Below, in pieces: positions 12,730 through 27,383 of a stretch of 64,000 nucleotides of DNA. Position numbers and translations under genes: made by a program. Origin of the DNA: the human T2T-CHM13v2.0 reference genome, Homo sapiens; NCBI RefSeq assembly GCF_009914755.1, contig NC_060928.1. One strand, 5' to 3'. Within the stretch, counting starts at the first letter, position 1; each line of letters opens with the position of its first letter. The notes under the pieces were generated by a model. That model worked only from the letters and a program-made list of their open reading frames with translations. It was not told the DNA's origin and did not search any database.

Positions 12730-15340
12730 GGCAATAAAAAAAGCAGAATTTCTAGTTTCCCTGGAATGTATAATCACATGAATGGCTTCAGGCCAACAGA
12801 ATGTGTGTCAATTCCAATTGTATTAGTCTGTTTTCATGCTGCTGATAAAGACATACGTGAGACTTGGCAATTTATGAAAGAAAGAGGTTTAATGGGCTTA
12901 CAGTTCCACATGACTGGGGTGGCCTCACTATCATGGCAGAAGGTGAAATGCACATCTCACAGGTGGCAGACAAGAGAAGAGAGCTAGTGCAGGGAAACTC
13001 ATCCTTATAAAAACATCAGATTTCGTCCAACCTATTCACTAACCTGAGAACAGCATGGGAAAGACCTGCCCCCATGATTCAACTACCCTACACTAGGTCT
13101 CTCCCACAACACATGGGAATTCAAGATGAGATTTGGGTAGGAATACAGCCAAACCACATGATTTCACCCCAGCCCCTCTCAAATTTCATGTCCTCATATT
13201 TCAAAACCAATCATGCCTTCCCAACAGTCCCCCAAAGTCTTAATTTATTTTAGCATTAACTCAAAAGTCCATAGTCCAAAGTCTCATCTGAGACAAGGCA
13301 AGTTTCTCCCACCTATGAGCCTTTAAAATCAAAAGCAAGTTAGGTACTTCCTAGATACAATTGGGATACAGGCATTGGGTAAATACAGCCATTCTAAATG
13401 GGAGAAATTGACCAAAACAAAGGAGCTACAGGCCCCAGGCAAGTCTGAAATCCAGCAGGGCAGTCAAATCCTAAAGCACCAAAATGATCTCCTGTGACCC
13501 AGATCTTACATCCAGGTCATGCTGATGCAACAGGTGGGTTCCCATGGTCTTGGGCAGCTCTGTCCCTGTGGCTTGCAGGGTACAGCCTCTCTCCTGGCTG
13601 CCTTCATGGGTTGGCATTGAGTGTCTGTGGCTTTTCCAGGCACATGGTGCAAGCTGTCAGTAGATCTACCATTTTGGGGTCTGGAAGACAGTAGCCCTTT
13701 TCTCACAGATCCACTAGGCAGTGCCCCAGTACGGAAACTGTGGGGGCTCTGACCCCACATTTCCCTTCCACACTGCCCTGGCAGAGGTTCTCCCTGAGGG
13801 CCCCACCCCTGCAGCAAACTTCTGCCTGGGCATCCAGGCATTTTCTTACATCTTCTGAAATCTAGGTGGAGGTTTCTGAACCTCAATTCTTGACTTCTGT
13901 GCACTAACAGGCTCAACACCACATGGAAGCTGCCAAGGCTTGGGGCTTGGGCCCTCTGAAGCCATGGCCTGAGCTCTACTTTGGCCTCTGTCAGCCACAG
14001 CTGGAGCAGCTAGGACACAGAACACCAAGTCCCTAAGCTGCACACATCACAGGGACCCTGGGCCCGGCCCTAGAAACCACTTTTTCGTCCTCTGTCCCCA
14101 GCCTGTGATGGGAGGACCTGCTGTGAAGACGTCTGACACACCCTGAGACATTTTCCCCATTGTCTTAGGGATTAACAGTAAGCTCCTAGTTACTTATGCA
14201 AATATCTGCAGCCAGCTTGAATTTTTCCTCAGAAAATGGAATTTTGTTTTCTATCACATTGTCAGGCTGCAACTTTTTTGAACTTTTCCTCTCCTCTTAT
14301 AAAACCAAATGCCTTTAACAGCACTCAAGTCACATCTTGAATGCTTTGTTGCTTAGAAATTTCTTCCACCGGATACTCTAAATCATCTCCCTCAAGTTCA
14401 AAGTTCCACAAATCTCTAGGGCAGGGGCAAAATGCCTCCAGTCTCTCTGCCAAAACATAACAGGAGTCAACTTTTCTCTAGTTCCCAACAAGGTGCTCAT
14501 GTCCATCTGAGACCACCTCAGCCTGGATTTTATAGTGTTCATCATTATCAGCATTTTGGACAAAGCCATTTAACAAGTCTCTATGAAGTTCCAAACTTTC
14601 CCACATTTTCCTGTCTTCTTCTGAGCCCTCCAAACTGTTCCAACCCCTGCCTATTACGCAGTCCCACAGTTGCTTCCAAATTTCCAGGTATTTTTTCAGC
14701 AGCAACCCGCTATACTGGTAACAATTTATTGTATTAGTCTGTTTTCATGCTGCTAATAAAGACGTACCCAAGACTGGGCAATTTTCAAAAGAAGGAGGTT
14801 TAATGGACTTACAGTTCCATGTGACTGGTGAGGCCTCACAATCATGGCAGAAGGTGAAAGGCACATCTTACAAGGCAGCAGACAAGAGAAGAGAGCTTGT
14901 GCAGTGAAACTCTCCCTTATAAAACCATCAGATCTCATGAGATGTATTCACTGTCACAAGAACAGCATGAGAGTGATTCAACTACCCACCCCACCAGCTC
15001 CCTCCCACAACACGTGGGAATTCAAGATGAGATTTGGGTGAGAACACAGATGAACCACATTACCAACATGCCCTATGAAAAACTCCCATGGATAACACTC
15101 TTTTTGATTTGTCTCCCACTCTTGTCAGATGCCTATGAACACAGAGTTCTTGATGGCCATAAATTGAAGATGATGCAGACACAGGAAAGAAGAATCCTGG
15201 AGTCCTACATCTACCACTTGGGGAAGTACTGCCCACTGATAATGAACACCTACTTGGAGTTCCATAACATAATTGTATTTGAATCCTTCCTCATACATTT
15301 GAAGGTGTGCTTTTTTCTGGCACTAGCACATGAAATATAT
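12730..15340 (+). mobile_element. Old MLT1I/J-like LTR split by the THE1 insertion (only the flanks 12730-12818 and 15063-15340)
   Basis: CACATGAATGGCTTCAGGCCAACAGAATGTG on the left; GAAGATGATGCAG...GAATCCTGGAGTCC...CCACTTGGGG on the right. Confidence 0.5.
12819..15062 (-). mobile_element. Full-length THE1 MaLR (THE1B-like): 3' LTR 12819-13161, internal 13162-14729, 5' LTR 14730-15062
   Basis: Two LTR copies starting TGTATTAGTCTGTTTTCATGCTGCT on + around a ~1.57-kb THE1 internal region; TSD CCAAT/CCAAC. Confidence 0.95.
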
Positions 15341-15622
15341 TACACTGTTTTATCGAGGAAGAGATATTCGTGATTTATAAGAAGAAATACATCATCACAA
15401 TGACATCATGCCAACTACATAAATTTAACACAGGCAAAAGTCATAACAACACAGAATGTATCTCAGATATTTGATGCAGATTAAAATAGCAAATTCAGAC
15501 AGATCCTTATACATATAAACTTATTTCTGCAAATTTAAAATATAAATGTAAATTAATTATCTGATTGAGAATTTTCATAATTTGTTTTAGGAGCCACAAA
15601 GGTATATATTTGTGTGTATTTG

Positions 15623-15624
<2 letters not shown>

Positions 15625-15653
<29 letters not shown>
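15625..15653. repeat. (TG)n microsatellite
   Basis: Direct inspection. Confidence 0.97.
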
Positions 15654-15658
<5 letters not shown>

Positions 15659-15848
15659 TAGATATAATTGGGTTAAGATTCTTCTGTTGATTTAAATAAG
15701 ATTTGGATTTTTTCTATATAAATTAATCATATCCATAATTCCTCACTTTGCCTCATAAAACCATTTGAGGGAATAAGAATTCATCCAGATAAATTTGAAA
15801 AATCTTATGTCAATTATACATAATTTCAATTTGTCCCTTCACTTTAAC

Positions 15849-16326
15849 TGTCGTATATCTGGAGTCCAAATTAGGGAAAAGGAGTCAGGCTGGGAAGACC
15901 AAGGGAAAGCAAAAAGAGAAGGCAGGTAAACTATAGGTTTGCCTTTCTTCATGGTCCAGGACATATAGCCCTCCTGCACAGATGATGTGCATAACTCACA
16001 ATCTTCCCCTACCCAACTTATTATAAAATACTTCAATTTATCATCAAACACCTTGCATGATGAAAAAATGCAAGTTAGCTCCCTGCAACCTTGGCATTGT
16101 CAGTACCTCATGTAGCACTCTTCAGCGCAAGTTACAGACTATAAAATGCCCGGCAACCCTTTGTTTCCTGGCAGGCAGCTCCTCTTCTGCTGACCTACCT
16201 GTTGCCTTCAAGAATGTATTTTCATACTTTCTTTAATACATCTGTCTTTATTTACCTACAACTGTCTTGGTAAATTCTTCTTATTCCCATGCCACCAGCC
16301 CCAGATAGTTGCTGCTTACTCGGAGA
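15849..16326 (+). mobile_element. ERV1 solo LTR, MER83-like
   Basis: AATTAGGGAAAAGGAGTCAGGCTGG...CTTTCTTCATGGTCCAGGACA...CTATAAAAT (TATA)...CCTACAACTGTCTTGGTAAATTCTT; family name from recall. Confidence 0.7.
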
Positions 16327-16388
16327 ATATATGAAATTATTTTGTTCTAAATCCAATAATAAAAATAGGTAGTATGAATACACATATG

Positions 16389-16426
16389 CACACACACACA
16401 CACACACACACACACTGAGAGAGAGA
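16389..16426. repeat. (CA)n-(GA)n compound microsatellite
   Basis: Direct inspection. Confidence 0.95.
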
Positions 16427-17299
16427 TAACATAAAAAATACAAACCAGTTCTTTCTTCACCAATATATTTATTGAGATGTAAGGCCTAGTGAACATAAAA
16501 GCTGATTATTTGATGTTAAATGTAAATTTTAAATAGTTTTTTTAAACATTATCTAAAAAACAATAAGAGGAAAATGGAGGAGGAAAATAATGGCTTTAGT
16601 ATATTCACCACTGTAGAAAAAGTAAATAAAGAAAAATCAGTTCATAGACTAGACTGAAAAGGAAAGAAGAATAAGCATTCTCGGCAGTGGCATTTTTCCC
16701 CCTGTGGAATTATAAGCATGTGAAAACTGTAGGATAAGGCTGCAAGTGCTCTCATTATCACATCTTTACCATAGCTGCTATTATGCCATTGTGTGATAAA
16801 AACTCCTGGAAGTTTGGCATATGCCACCATTCACATTCACATTTTGCTATACATGACTCTTCTCCTCAAAACTTTCATATATTTTATTTAAAAGGTAAAG
16901 GAAGTCATTTATATTTCATTCTCTATATTTTTTTAATGAATCCAAAGTGAAATTTAGGTCAACATACAGCAACCACCACCAGCTAGGAAATCCTCTGTGT
17001 GGCCTGACGGACAAGCTTCTTTAATTATTACAAAGTATATGGAATCACATAAGCAGTGGTCTAACCACGTTCTCATATTTGCATAGAGCTCTGCCTCCTC
17101 ATGGGAAAACATTTAAACATGTCTTCAATAGAGGTTAGACTATTTATAAGCATGTCTGACAGACCATGGAATGGGATGTCTTTTGGATGTCATAGAGTCA
17201 TTCTCTGAAGTAAAAGCAGCATAAGTAAGGAATGTGAGTCAAGAAAGACCAAATTCAGCAGGGCAGTCTGAGTGAATGCAGAACATTATGAGACTATAC

Positions 17300-17480
17300 T
17301 TTTCCTGAGATGCCCTTCACGGTTGTGTTTGGGACAATGGGAGGCCTGAACAGAGAGACTGGCTTCAGTATCCAGAAGAAGGTCTACCCTCCTTGCTTCA
17401 GTTTCCAGAATCACCTGGGGCTCCTGGGCAGTTATGGCAGTTTGGGCCACTAGAGTCAGGGAAATGAGCCCTGGGACCTG
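17300..17480 (-). pseudogene. pro: Retroviral protease N-terminal remnant
   Basis: In frame after the gag stop (TGA 17481-17483): QVPG...AITAQEPQVILETEARRVDLLLDTEASLSV; catalytic DTG reads DTE at 17364-17372. Confidence 0.85.
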
Positions 17481-18957
17481 TCAGTCCTGTTGGATCATTT
17501 GTGAGACCAGTTCTGGACCCAGTGACCTATGTCTCCAAGGGCAATCTGACCTCCAGTGGTTCCTGCCACAGGCTGGACAGGGTTGGGGTGGCTTCTTCTT
17601 ACTGTCCGGACAGTTATTCTTAACGTGTCCTGATTTGCCACACTGATAGTAATTAGTGGATGTGCCTCAGGGATTCTGGACTTCACAGGCCTCCGTCCTT
17701 CTCCTGTGCTTCCTCTGTTTTTCCTGGACCTCCTCCTGATCCCTGTTGTAAAAGGCCAAGGTGGCCACCCTCAGGAGGTTCTCCAGAGTACTATCTGGAA
17801 CTATAGACTGTTTCTGTAATTTTCTTCTAATATCAGGGGCTGTCTGAGTAATAAACCTCTCCTTTAGGATTAGCTGTCCTTCAACTGAGTCAGGAGACAT
17901 GGAAGTGTGTTTTATTATGGCCTCTTTCAGCCTTTCCATGAAAACTGAGGGATTCCTATCTGGTCTGTGATCTATTGTGACCAATTTAGAGTAATTAAGA
18001 GGTTTGGCCCTAGTTTTTTGTAGGCTTTCCAATATGTACATTAAAAAGTGTTTCATTTTCCATTCATCTGTGGGGTCACTAGGGTCGCAGTCAGGGTTTT
18101 CAAGGGGTATTGCCTCTCTTCCTATTGGGAATGGTTGTTCCATAATTTCCTTACCTTCCTTATCTCCTCTTTTCCTTTTTAGCCTCTCATAAGAAACATG
18201 TTGTTCATCCCTGAATTTTTCTGTTGTCTGTAGAGCTGTCTGTCTCTCAGCGGCTCTTAAGGTTTGGTTTAAGAGTAATACAACATCTTTCCATGTGAGG
18301 TTACACAACTGGGCTAGATTTTGGAAAGCCTCTACATACCTGTCGGAGTCTTCAGAGAACCTACCCAGGTCTCCTTTTATTGGTCTAAGGTCTTATTATA
18401 AGAAGGGAACCTGAACCCTAGTGGCACCACACCCATCAGGCGTTTCTTGTAGTGGTAAAAGTGAAACTGGGGAAGTGGGGAGTGTTGAAAGTGGTGGAAC
18501 TGGAGGAGCCAATGGTGCAGTTGGAGGAAGGGGCCCCAGATAAAAGGGAAAAGAAGACTGAGACACTCAATAGTTGTCTTACAGGATAACCCAGGAATTT
18601 GTTTTCTTAGCTTTGGGGAATCATTCCCCATGGTGATATGATTGTTTAAAGAGCTGGGTCAATTGTGGATCACTTGTAGAGGTCTGGGTTGTCCCACAGG
18701 GCAAAGAAAGTCTGTACACAGGGGACCTCGGACCATTTGCCTTCCCATCTACAGAAAAGATCTAATTGTTGGATAGTATTAAAATAAAGATTTCCCTCAG
18801 AAGGCCGGGTTTGTCCATGCGCAAGCTGGTAAGAAGGCCAAGCCCTTGTGCAAAAGAATGTGAGCTGCTTTTTCTTCAGAATTTCAGGGTCAAAGGAGTT
18901 CCAGTGCTTCTGAATGCATTTGAGAGGAGTGCAGGCTGAAGATGGTTTGTTAACCAT
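17481..18957 (-). pseudogene. gag: Gamma-like gag pseudogene (MA, CA, NC)
   Basis: MA: [21 protein letters not shown]...[16 protein letters not shown]; CA: FMERLKEA...EGQLILKERFITQTAPDIRRKLQK; NC after the in-frame TGA at 17667: YYQCGKSGHVKNNC...CPACGRNHWRSDC; several stops and frameshifts. Confidence 0.92.
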
Positions 18958-20553
18958 CTAGAAAGGTGTCCCTTAGTCTTCTCCCTTTGTTTGGAGTGAC
19001 CCAGGTGGAGAGGAAGGCAGTGCGGGCATGCCCCCATTATCCTCCTTCCTTTGTTGCCTGTGCCTCAGCATCTGTTAAAGGTGTCATCCATGGACGTAAG
19101 TGTGACCTCCACCCATGGACCCGGAGGAGTGGGTCAAGCAGGAATGATCACGCTCATCTGTGTGAGACCCAAGTCCTCTGCTGAGAACTCCCCTTTGATT
19201 CCTTAGATTTGTGTGGTTGGTGTGTCCCTACTAGAGAAGGATCTCAGGAAAGACTATGTAACTGTTGTATTTGGGCCAGGCCCTTCAGTGAAAGGAGTAT
19301 TCTGGGTTGAGTCCTATATTCTGTTATTATGGCCCAAGTTAAAGTATTTATCCTTAGGCTGTGGTTCTGATTGACTTTTAATCATAGGATCTCTTCTTTA
19401 TATAAATGTTATTCCACTTGGAGGTGGAATAGGTGTCTCAAAAGAATGTAAGGATCATGACTGTCTTTCTGTTGATGGAGACGGTATTGAGGCCAAAATC
19501 TGCTGATGGAGACAGTATCGAGGATTAGAAGAACTGCTCTCTTCTCTGCGTCATAAGCAGTGTTTTCCTGTTCACAGAGAGGACATAAGTTCTGGTTTCT
19601 AGTGGAGGGGCTCAATAGGTAGAAGAATTGGGAAAGCAGAGGCTTTTGGCCAACAGCCAACAGGCTTCCCCATGGAGAAGATTTCCATTCCACTAGGTGG
19701 CATTATAAACCTGGAACTACCAGGCTGTAGTTTTGTTTCCAAATGCTCTCTAGACAATGTGTTGAGAGAGAAGTCTGAAGTGTGACAGGCCATCCCCACA
19801 ACATGCCTTCCAGTAGGAGGAAGTTAGTTCATCTCATGGAAAGACTATCTAGTTCAACTGGGCAGTGTTGACTCCTCATATGAGAAAAGAAACAGCCCAA
19901 ATGAAGAGGGGGCCATCACTGACAGGGTGGGGGGGCGGCAGATAGCCCCCTGTCTAACCCTAGGAAGTGTCATCATTGGAGTTAAATGATCTCCTAGACC
20001 CAGATCGTGAAATCCTCCTGTTTCTAAAAAGTTACAAAAACAGTAATCTCTTGAGCTACATTCGTGATTGCTAAGGCACTTGTTAATCCTGCCTAACAAG
20101 TCTATTTCCCCAAGTCGTAAAAACTGCCACACTATTGTATACAGAGAGGGAATAGGAGACACAGTAGCCATGGAAAGAAAGGGAGAAAACTGTGATAGGA
20201 AAAGTTTGGAGGTTCTGTTGCTGATACCCACTGGGTGTTAGGGTGTGACCCCAGCCAGAAACTTTCAGTTGCCTCAGGACCTTTTCCAGCCCCATGCAAT
20301 GGCTAGGCTCTCCATGAAAGGAAACCAGTTTGGAGCATAGCCAACATTCCCAGCACTCTGAGTGTGCTGGGGGATTAGCTAAGTCCTCCCCAGCAAGCCT
20401 GTCATCTGTGTCTTTAGACAGATGGCCATGCTTGTCATGTTTAGATGGCCAACAGATGCCTGGTGATTTTCTTGATTTGATAAAAATAAGTACCAGAGGG
20501 CTCGGAAATGAAAGTAAAGGTTGGGGTCTGCTCCAAGTCACCCTTTCAATGAA

Positions 20554-20571
20554 ATCCTGGATGAGCCTCCA
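20554..20571 (-). other. Primer-binding site, tRNA-Pro type
   Basis: TGGAGGCTCATCCAGGAT versus canonical TGGGGGCTCGTCCGGGAT (15/18; two changes are CpG decay), directly after the LTR. Confidence 0.85.
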
Positions 20572-20574
20572 AAA

Positions 20575-21551
<977 letters not shown>

Positions 21552-21912
21552 GTATTTTTAATTTTACCTCTCTTATGGTATGTAATGGATTTCATTGTGA
21601 TTTTTATTTTGTATTTCCCTGATGAGTACAGGTGTTCAGTGTCTTTTTCATTTTGCAGACCTTCAGCTGTGAAATGTTGCTACAAATATTTTGTCTATAA
21701 TTGTGTTGTACTTTTTACTATGTAATATTAAGCATTTTTGTATGCTCAAAATATAAGTTCTTTGATATGTATATGGCAAATATTCTCTACCACTTTTTGG
21801 CTTACATTTTCACTTTTTTAACAATGTCTTTTGAGCCTTAGAGAGTTTTAATTTTGAAAAAGAACAATGTGTCTGCGTGTATGTATGATGTATACACACA
21901 CAGACATACACA

Positions 21913-23051
21913 CACTATCTTGTCTCACTTAAGAATGGGGATACATTCTGAGAAATGCATCCTTAGGAGATTTCATTGTGCTACCACCATAGAGTGTACT
22001 TACACAGACCTAGATGGTATAACCTACTACCTACCTGGGTAATACAGTATAGCCCATTGCTTCTAGGCTACAAACCTCTACATCATGTTACTCTACCGAA
22101 TTCTGTAGGCAATTGTAACACAATGGTATTCGTATACCTAAACATATCTAAACATAGAAAAGGTACCATAAAAATACAGCATAAAAGATTTTTAAGTGAT
22201 AAACCTAGATAGGACACTTACCATGAATGGAGCTTACGGGACTGGAAGTTGCTCTGGGTGAGTCAGTGAGTAAGTGGTGAGTGAATGTGAAAGCCTAGGA
22301 CATCCCTGTATACTACTGAGGACTTATTTTACACTAAATTTACTCAAAAATTTTTCTTTACTAATAAACTAACCTTAGCTTACTGTAACTTTATAAAATT
22401 TCTTTAAAATTTTTAACTCTTTTGTAATAATTCTTAGCTTAAAACACACACACTGTACAGCTGAACAAAAATATTTTCTTTCTTCCTTATTCTATAAGTA
22501 TTTATGTATTACTTTTTAAATTATTTTGTTAAAAATGAAGACACAAACACACATATTAGTGTAGGCCTACACAGGGTCAGCATCATAAATGTCACTGTCA
22601 TCCACCTCTACATCTTTTCTTACTGAAAGATCTTCAGGGAGAATAACATGCACGAAGCTGTCATCTCCTGTGATAACAAGGCCTTCTTCTGGAATACCTC
22701 ATGAAGGACCTGCCTGAGCCTATTTTACAGTTAACTTTTTTTAATAAGTAGGAGGAGTACACTCTAAAATAATGATTAAAGGTATAGTTTAATTAATATG
22801 TATACTAGTAACATCATTTATTTTCATTATCAAGTATTATATACTGTACATAATTGTATGTGCTATATTTTTATTCAACTAGCAGTGCAGTAAGTTTGTT
22901 CACATTAGCCTCACTACAAACACATAAGTAATGTGCAGCACTATGACGTTATGATGGCTATGATGTCACCAGGTGGTAGAAATTTTTCAGTTTCATTATA
23001 ATCTTATGGTGGTTCATTGTTAACAGAAACACCATTATGCAGCACATGAGG
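21913..23051 (+). mobile_element. Tigger3b (TcMar-Tigger non-autonomous DNA transposon)
   Basis: GGGGATACATTCTGAGAAATGC...ATAGAGTGTACTTACACAGACCTAGATGGTA...CATTATAATCTTATGG...TTATGCAGCACATGA. Confidence 0.9.
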
Positions 23052-24639
23052 ATAATATGTAAGTACTTATGGTTTGTGTTTTTTGTGTCCTGAGAAATCT
23101 GTGCCCAATCCAAGATCACAAAGATATTTTACATTCTTTTTTTAGAAGTGTTACAGTTTTAGCTTTCACATTTAGGTTTTGGATCTCTTCCAATTATTTT
23201 TCTATATGTATATGGTGTAAGGAAATGGTTGATGTTATTTTTTTAATCACTATCACTTTTGTCAGCATCATTTTTGAAATTAGAGAAAAATACTTCCCTA
23301 TTGGGGTCCTTTTGTTGAAAAACAATTGACAAAATATGTATGGTTCCATTTCTAGATTATCTCCCCATATGTCTATCTTTTGCAAACACCATGCTGTCTT
23401 GATTACTGCAGCTTTATAATATGGCTTGATGTCAATAAAAGTAAATTAATCCAATTTGCTCTTTTTTCCCAAAATTGTATTATATTTTTCCTTTATACAG
23501 TCTGTTAAATATTTGAAGAGACATGTCCATTTCTACCTCATTCCAAGAACAAGAGCCTGCTGAGGTTTTGAATGTACTTGCATTGAATCTATAGATCAAT
23601 TTAGGAAAAACTGACATTTTAAAGTGGTTGAGTCTTCCAATACCTGTACATGCGTATTTTAAAACTTTTTTTGAGGTCTTATTTTCTTTAGCAACGTTTT
23701 GTAATTTTTAGTAGTAGTTTCAGGTCTTGCACATACTTAGCTAAATTTATCTCTAAGTGTATTATACCTTTGGATGCTAGTTTAATCTGTATTTTTTTAA
23801 AATAATATTCTAATTGTTCATTGCTAGTGTATAGGTACTTTTTTGAATATTACCCATTTAATAAATTGCCTCAAGAAATTCACTTATCCATTCTTTTAGC
23901 TTTTTGTAGATTCCTTCATTTTTCTAAATACTCAATACAGCCTTATAAGAATAGAAACAGTTTCACTAATTCATTTTTAATCTTTATGCCTTATTTTGTT
24001 TCCTTTATTTGCCTTGATGTACCAGGTAGGCACTCCAGTAAAAACATGCATAGAGTGGTGAGAACAGCATCAGTCTTTTTCCTGATCTTAAGAATGAGAT
24101 ATTCAGTATTTCATCTTTTAGAATATTTCCTTGTTTTCATCAGCTCTTTATTCTGTTGAAATCCTCTTCTATGTTAGGTAGTTGAGAGATTTTATCCTAA
24201 ACTGATGCTGAATTATATCAAAGTTTTTATCTGTATGTAGTGAGATAATCAAATGTCTTTGCTTCTCAATTTGAAATGTATATTGGGCCAATTGAATTTA
24301 TTGATTTTGTAATGTTAAACCAACCATGCATTCATGAAAAAAAAAATCCTACATGGCTAGGGAATATTGCTAGATTCTATTTGCTAACATTTTCAAAAAA
24401 ATTTTTGCATCAGTGCTTAAGTGTATTGTTCTGAAGCTTTATTTTCTTCTAACATTGTTATTTGGTTTGGTTCTCAAGAAATTGTTAGGTTTTTTTTCCT
24501 CAAGAAATAAAGCGAAAAAGCCTTTTTTTCTCAAGACATGGAGCTGAAAGCCATTTTTCTCTCAAGAAATTGAGCTAAAATTTCTTGAGAAAATGGAGCT
24601 AAAATGTTAACTCCATTTCCCATTTTCGTGGTTGAAAAT

Positions 24640-25060
24640 GAATGGCTATTATTAAAAAGTCTAAAAAAATAGATGCTGGGAAGGTTGCAGGGAAAAGGGA
24701 ACACTTACACACTGTTGATGGGAGTGTAAATTAGTTTAACCATTGTGGAAAACAGTGTGGCAATACTTCAAAGAGCTAAAAAAAGAACTACCATTTGACC
24801 CCGCAGTCTCATTAATGGGTGTATATCCAAAGGAATAGAAATTATTCTATTATAAAGGCACATGCACATGTATGTTCTTTGCAACACTATTCACAATAGC
24901 AAAGACATGGAATCAACCCAAATGCCCATCAATGATAGACTGGATAAAGAAAATGTAGTATAATATATATACACCATGGAATACTAAGCAGCTGTAAAAA
25001 AAAAAAAAGAATGAGATCATGTCCTTGGCAGGGACTTAGATGGAACTGGAGGCCATTACA
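24640..25060 (+). mobile_element. L1P (old L1PA/L1PB) ORF2-end fragment with no poly-A end
   Basis: GAATGGCTATTATTAAAAAGTC...GAACTACCATTTGACCC...TGGAATCAACCCAAATGCCCATCAATGATAGACTGGATAAAGAAAATG. Confidence 0.9.
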
Positions 25061-27065
25061 CTCATCTCCTTCCTAAATTATTTTTGTCCTCTACTTACTA
25101 TAGTTTTAATCTGTTCTTATTCTATCTTTTCAAGGTGGACACTTACTTGATCTCAGAAATTTCCTATTTTCTAGTATAAGCATTTAAAACCACCCATTTA
25201 TCTCTAAACACTGAGCTAACTTATCCTAGAAATTATGATGTATTATATTTTTCTTTTGTTTGGTTGGAAATATAGGCTCAAATTATCATTGTAATGCCTT
25301 CTTAACTCTGTTTTTACTTAGAATAGTATTCTCTGTTTACAGATTTTCATGATTTTCCAAATAATTTCTCGATTTATTTAAATTCATTGTGATTACAAAA
25401 CAAACTTATTCTGTATAAATTCAATAGTTGAAATCTAATACTTCTTTTGTGCCCAGCATGTAATGTATTTTGGTGACTATTTCATATCTACTTAGAAAAC
25501 ATGAGTATCCTGAAATTGTTTAGTCTAATGTTCAAAACTGTTGATAGATTGTTCAAGTATGTTTTATTCTAAAGTATTTCAGACTAGTTTACTAGATAAA
25601 ATTACTGACAGATGAATGTTGAAGTCTTTATCTGAAACTGTGGATATGTCTATACCTTTTTAAAAATAATTTTTCTTCATATATTGATCTATAATTAGGC
25701 ATGTTATACTTCCATTATTATAAATGCTTTTCTTTGTCCTTGATATTATACTTTGACCTAGAGTTCACTTTGGCTTATATAAACACAATTGTTGTAGTTT
25801 TCTGAATTTTAGTAGGTTTGTAAAGTATACTCATATTTTACTTTAAACTTACCGCAATTAATTCTCACAGCTTTTATTTTTGTAAATGCTTTTATTTAAT
25901 GTTTATTTTAAATGATATTTATACTAAATAATTCTACTTTGATGTATTTTAGTTTTGTCCTATAGCACTTTAAGGATGCTCTTCTGCTATTATTGGGCTA
26001 CATTGTTTTGATGAGAAATCTGAAGATACCCTGAACTTTGTTTCCTTGTTTGTATTGTTTCTTTTCTCTCTGGCTTCTTTTAAATTTAACTTTATATTTC
26101 ATTATTCCTGCATTTCAGAAAATGTATTAAAATGTGCCTTGCTATAGTCATATCTGTGATTATTTGTAGATTATTGGTGTCTATCAAAATTATGTCTTCA
26201 AATTGTTTTCTGCACTGACTGACTCACTCCTCTCCTTCTAGAACTGCAATTGCACGTATGCCGGACTGCATAATATTGTTCCATAAGTAACTAAGACTGT
26301 TCATTTTCTTCATCTTTTTTTAAATCTCTGTACATTGCCCTGAATGATGTCTGGTCCTATGACTTTAAGTTCAGTGGTATCTTTTTTTTGTTTGTTTGTT
26401 TTTTCTTCAGTGTCACATTATCTCATGCTCACTGATTGAAATTTTCATTTCAGATATTACATTTTTCATGTGGAAAAGTTATCTTTTTTCATTTCTACAT
26501 ATTCCATGTCTCTTCTAATTATGTTTTTCCCTCTGTATTCTTGAGCATATTTATTATATTTATAATAGCTAAATTCTTGTCAGTAAATCTATCATCTCTG
26601 TTGTTCTGTTGTTTATAGGTCTTTTCCTATTAATGGATTTTCTTCCTTCCTGGGTTATGGATCACATTTGATAATTTCCATAGTAATTTTGTATCAGATG
26701 CTTGATATTGCATATATAATGTCTAGTATTTAAGGCAGTCACCTACTTAGCTGAAGAGAATGCACATAATTCCCAACCCTGTGTGAGCACTGGGAATTCT
26801 TCAATTTACAACTCTCCAAGAGTTGTTCTTGTTTAGATCCCTGGAGTTCTGCAGGTATAGATCAATAAATAGTAAAAGACTGAACTGGATTCCTATCCTG
26901 ATTTCTCGAGCTCTTTTTTCTTCATAGTTATCTCCACTATGATATTCTTCCCTGCAAATTTTAGCTGCCTCAGCTTTCCACAGCTCCATTCTTTGTCTCA
27001 CCATGAGAGATTGCCTTGCTCTGCTTCTGTTCTCCCTTCTACTGTGGCCTGGAAAGTATGAGTTA

Positions 27066-27383
<318 letters not shown>

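Noticed and set aside
13506-14737. Similar ORFs here and at 38881-40251 that look like a duplicated gene
   Set aside because: Both are fragments of the THE1 internal ORF from independent insertions.
24471-24600. ~31-bp periodic repeat as a CRISPR-like array
   Set aside because: Degenerate units without unique spacers, primate context, no cas genes.
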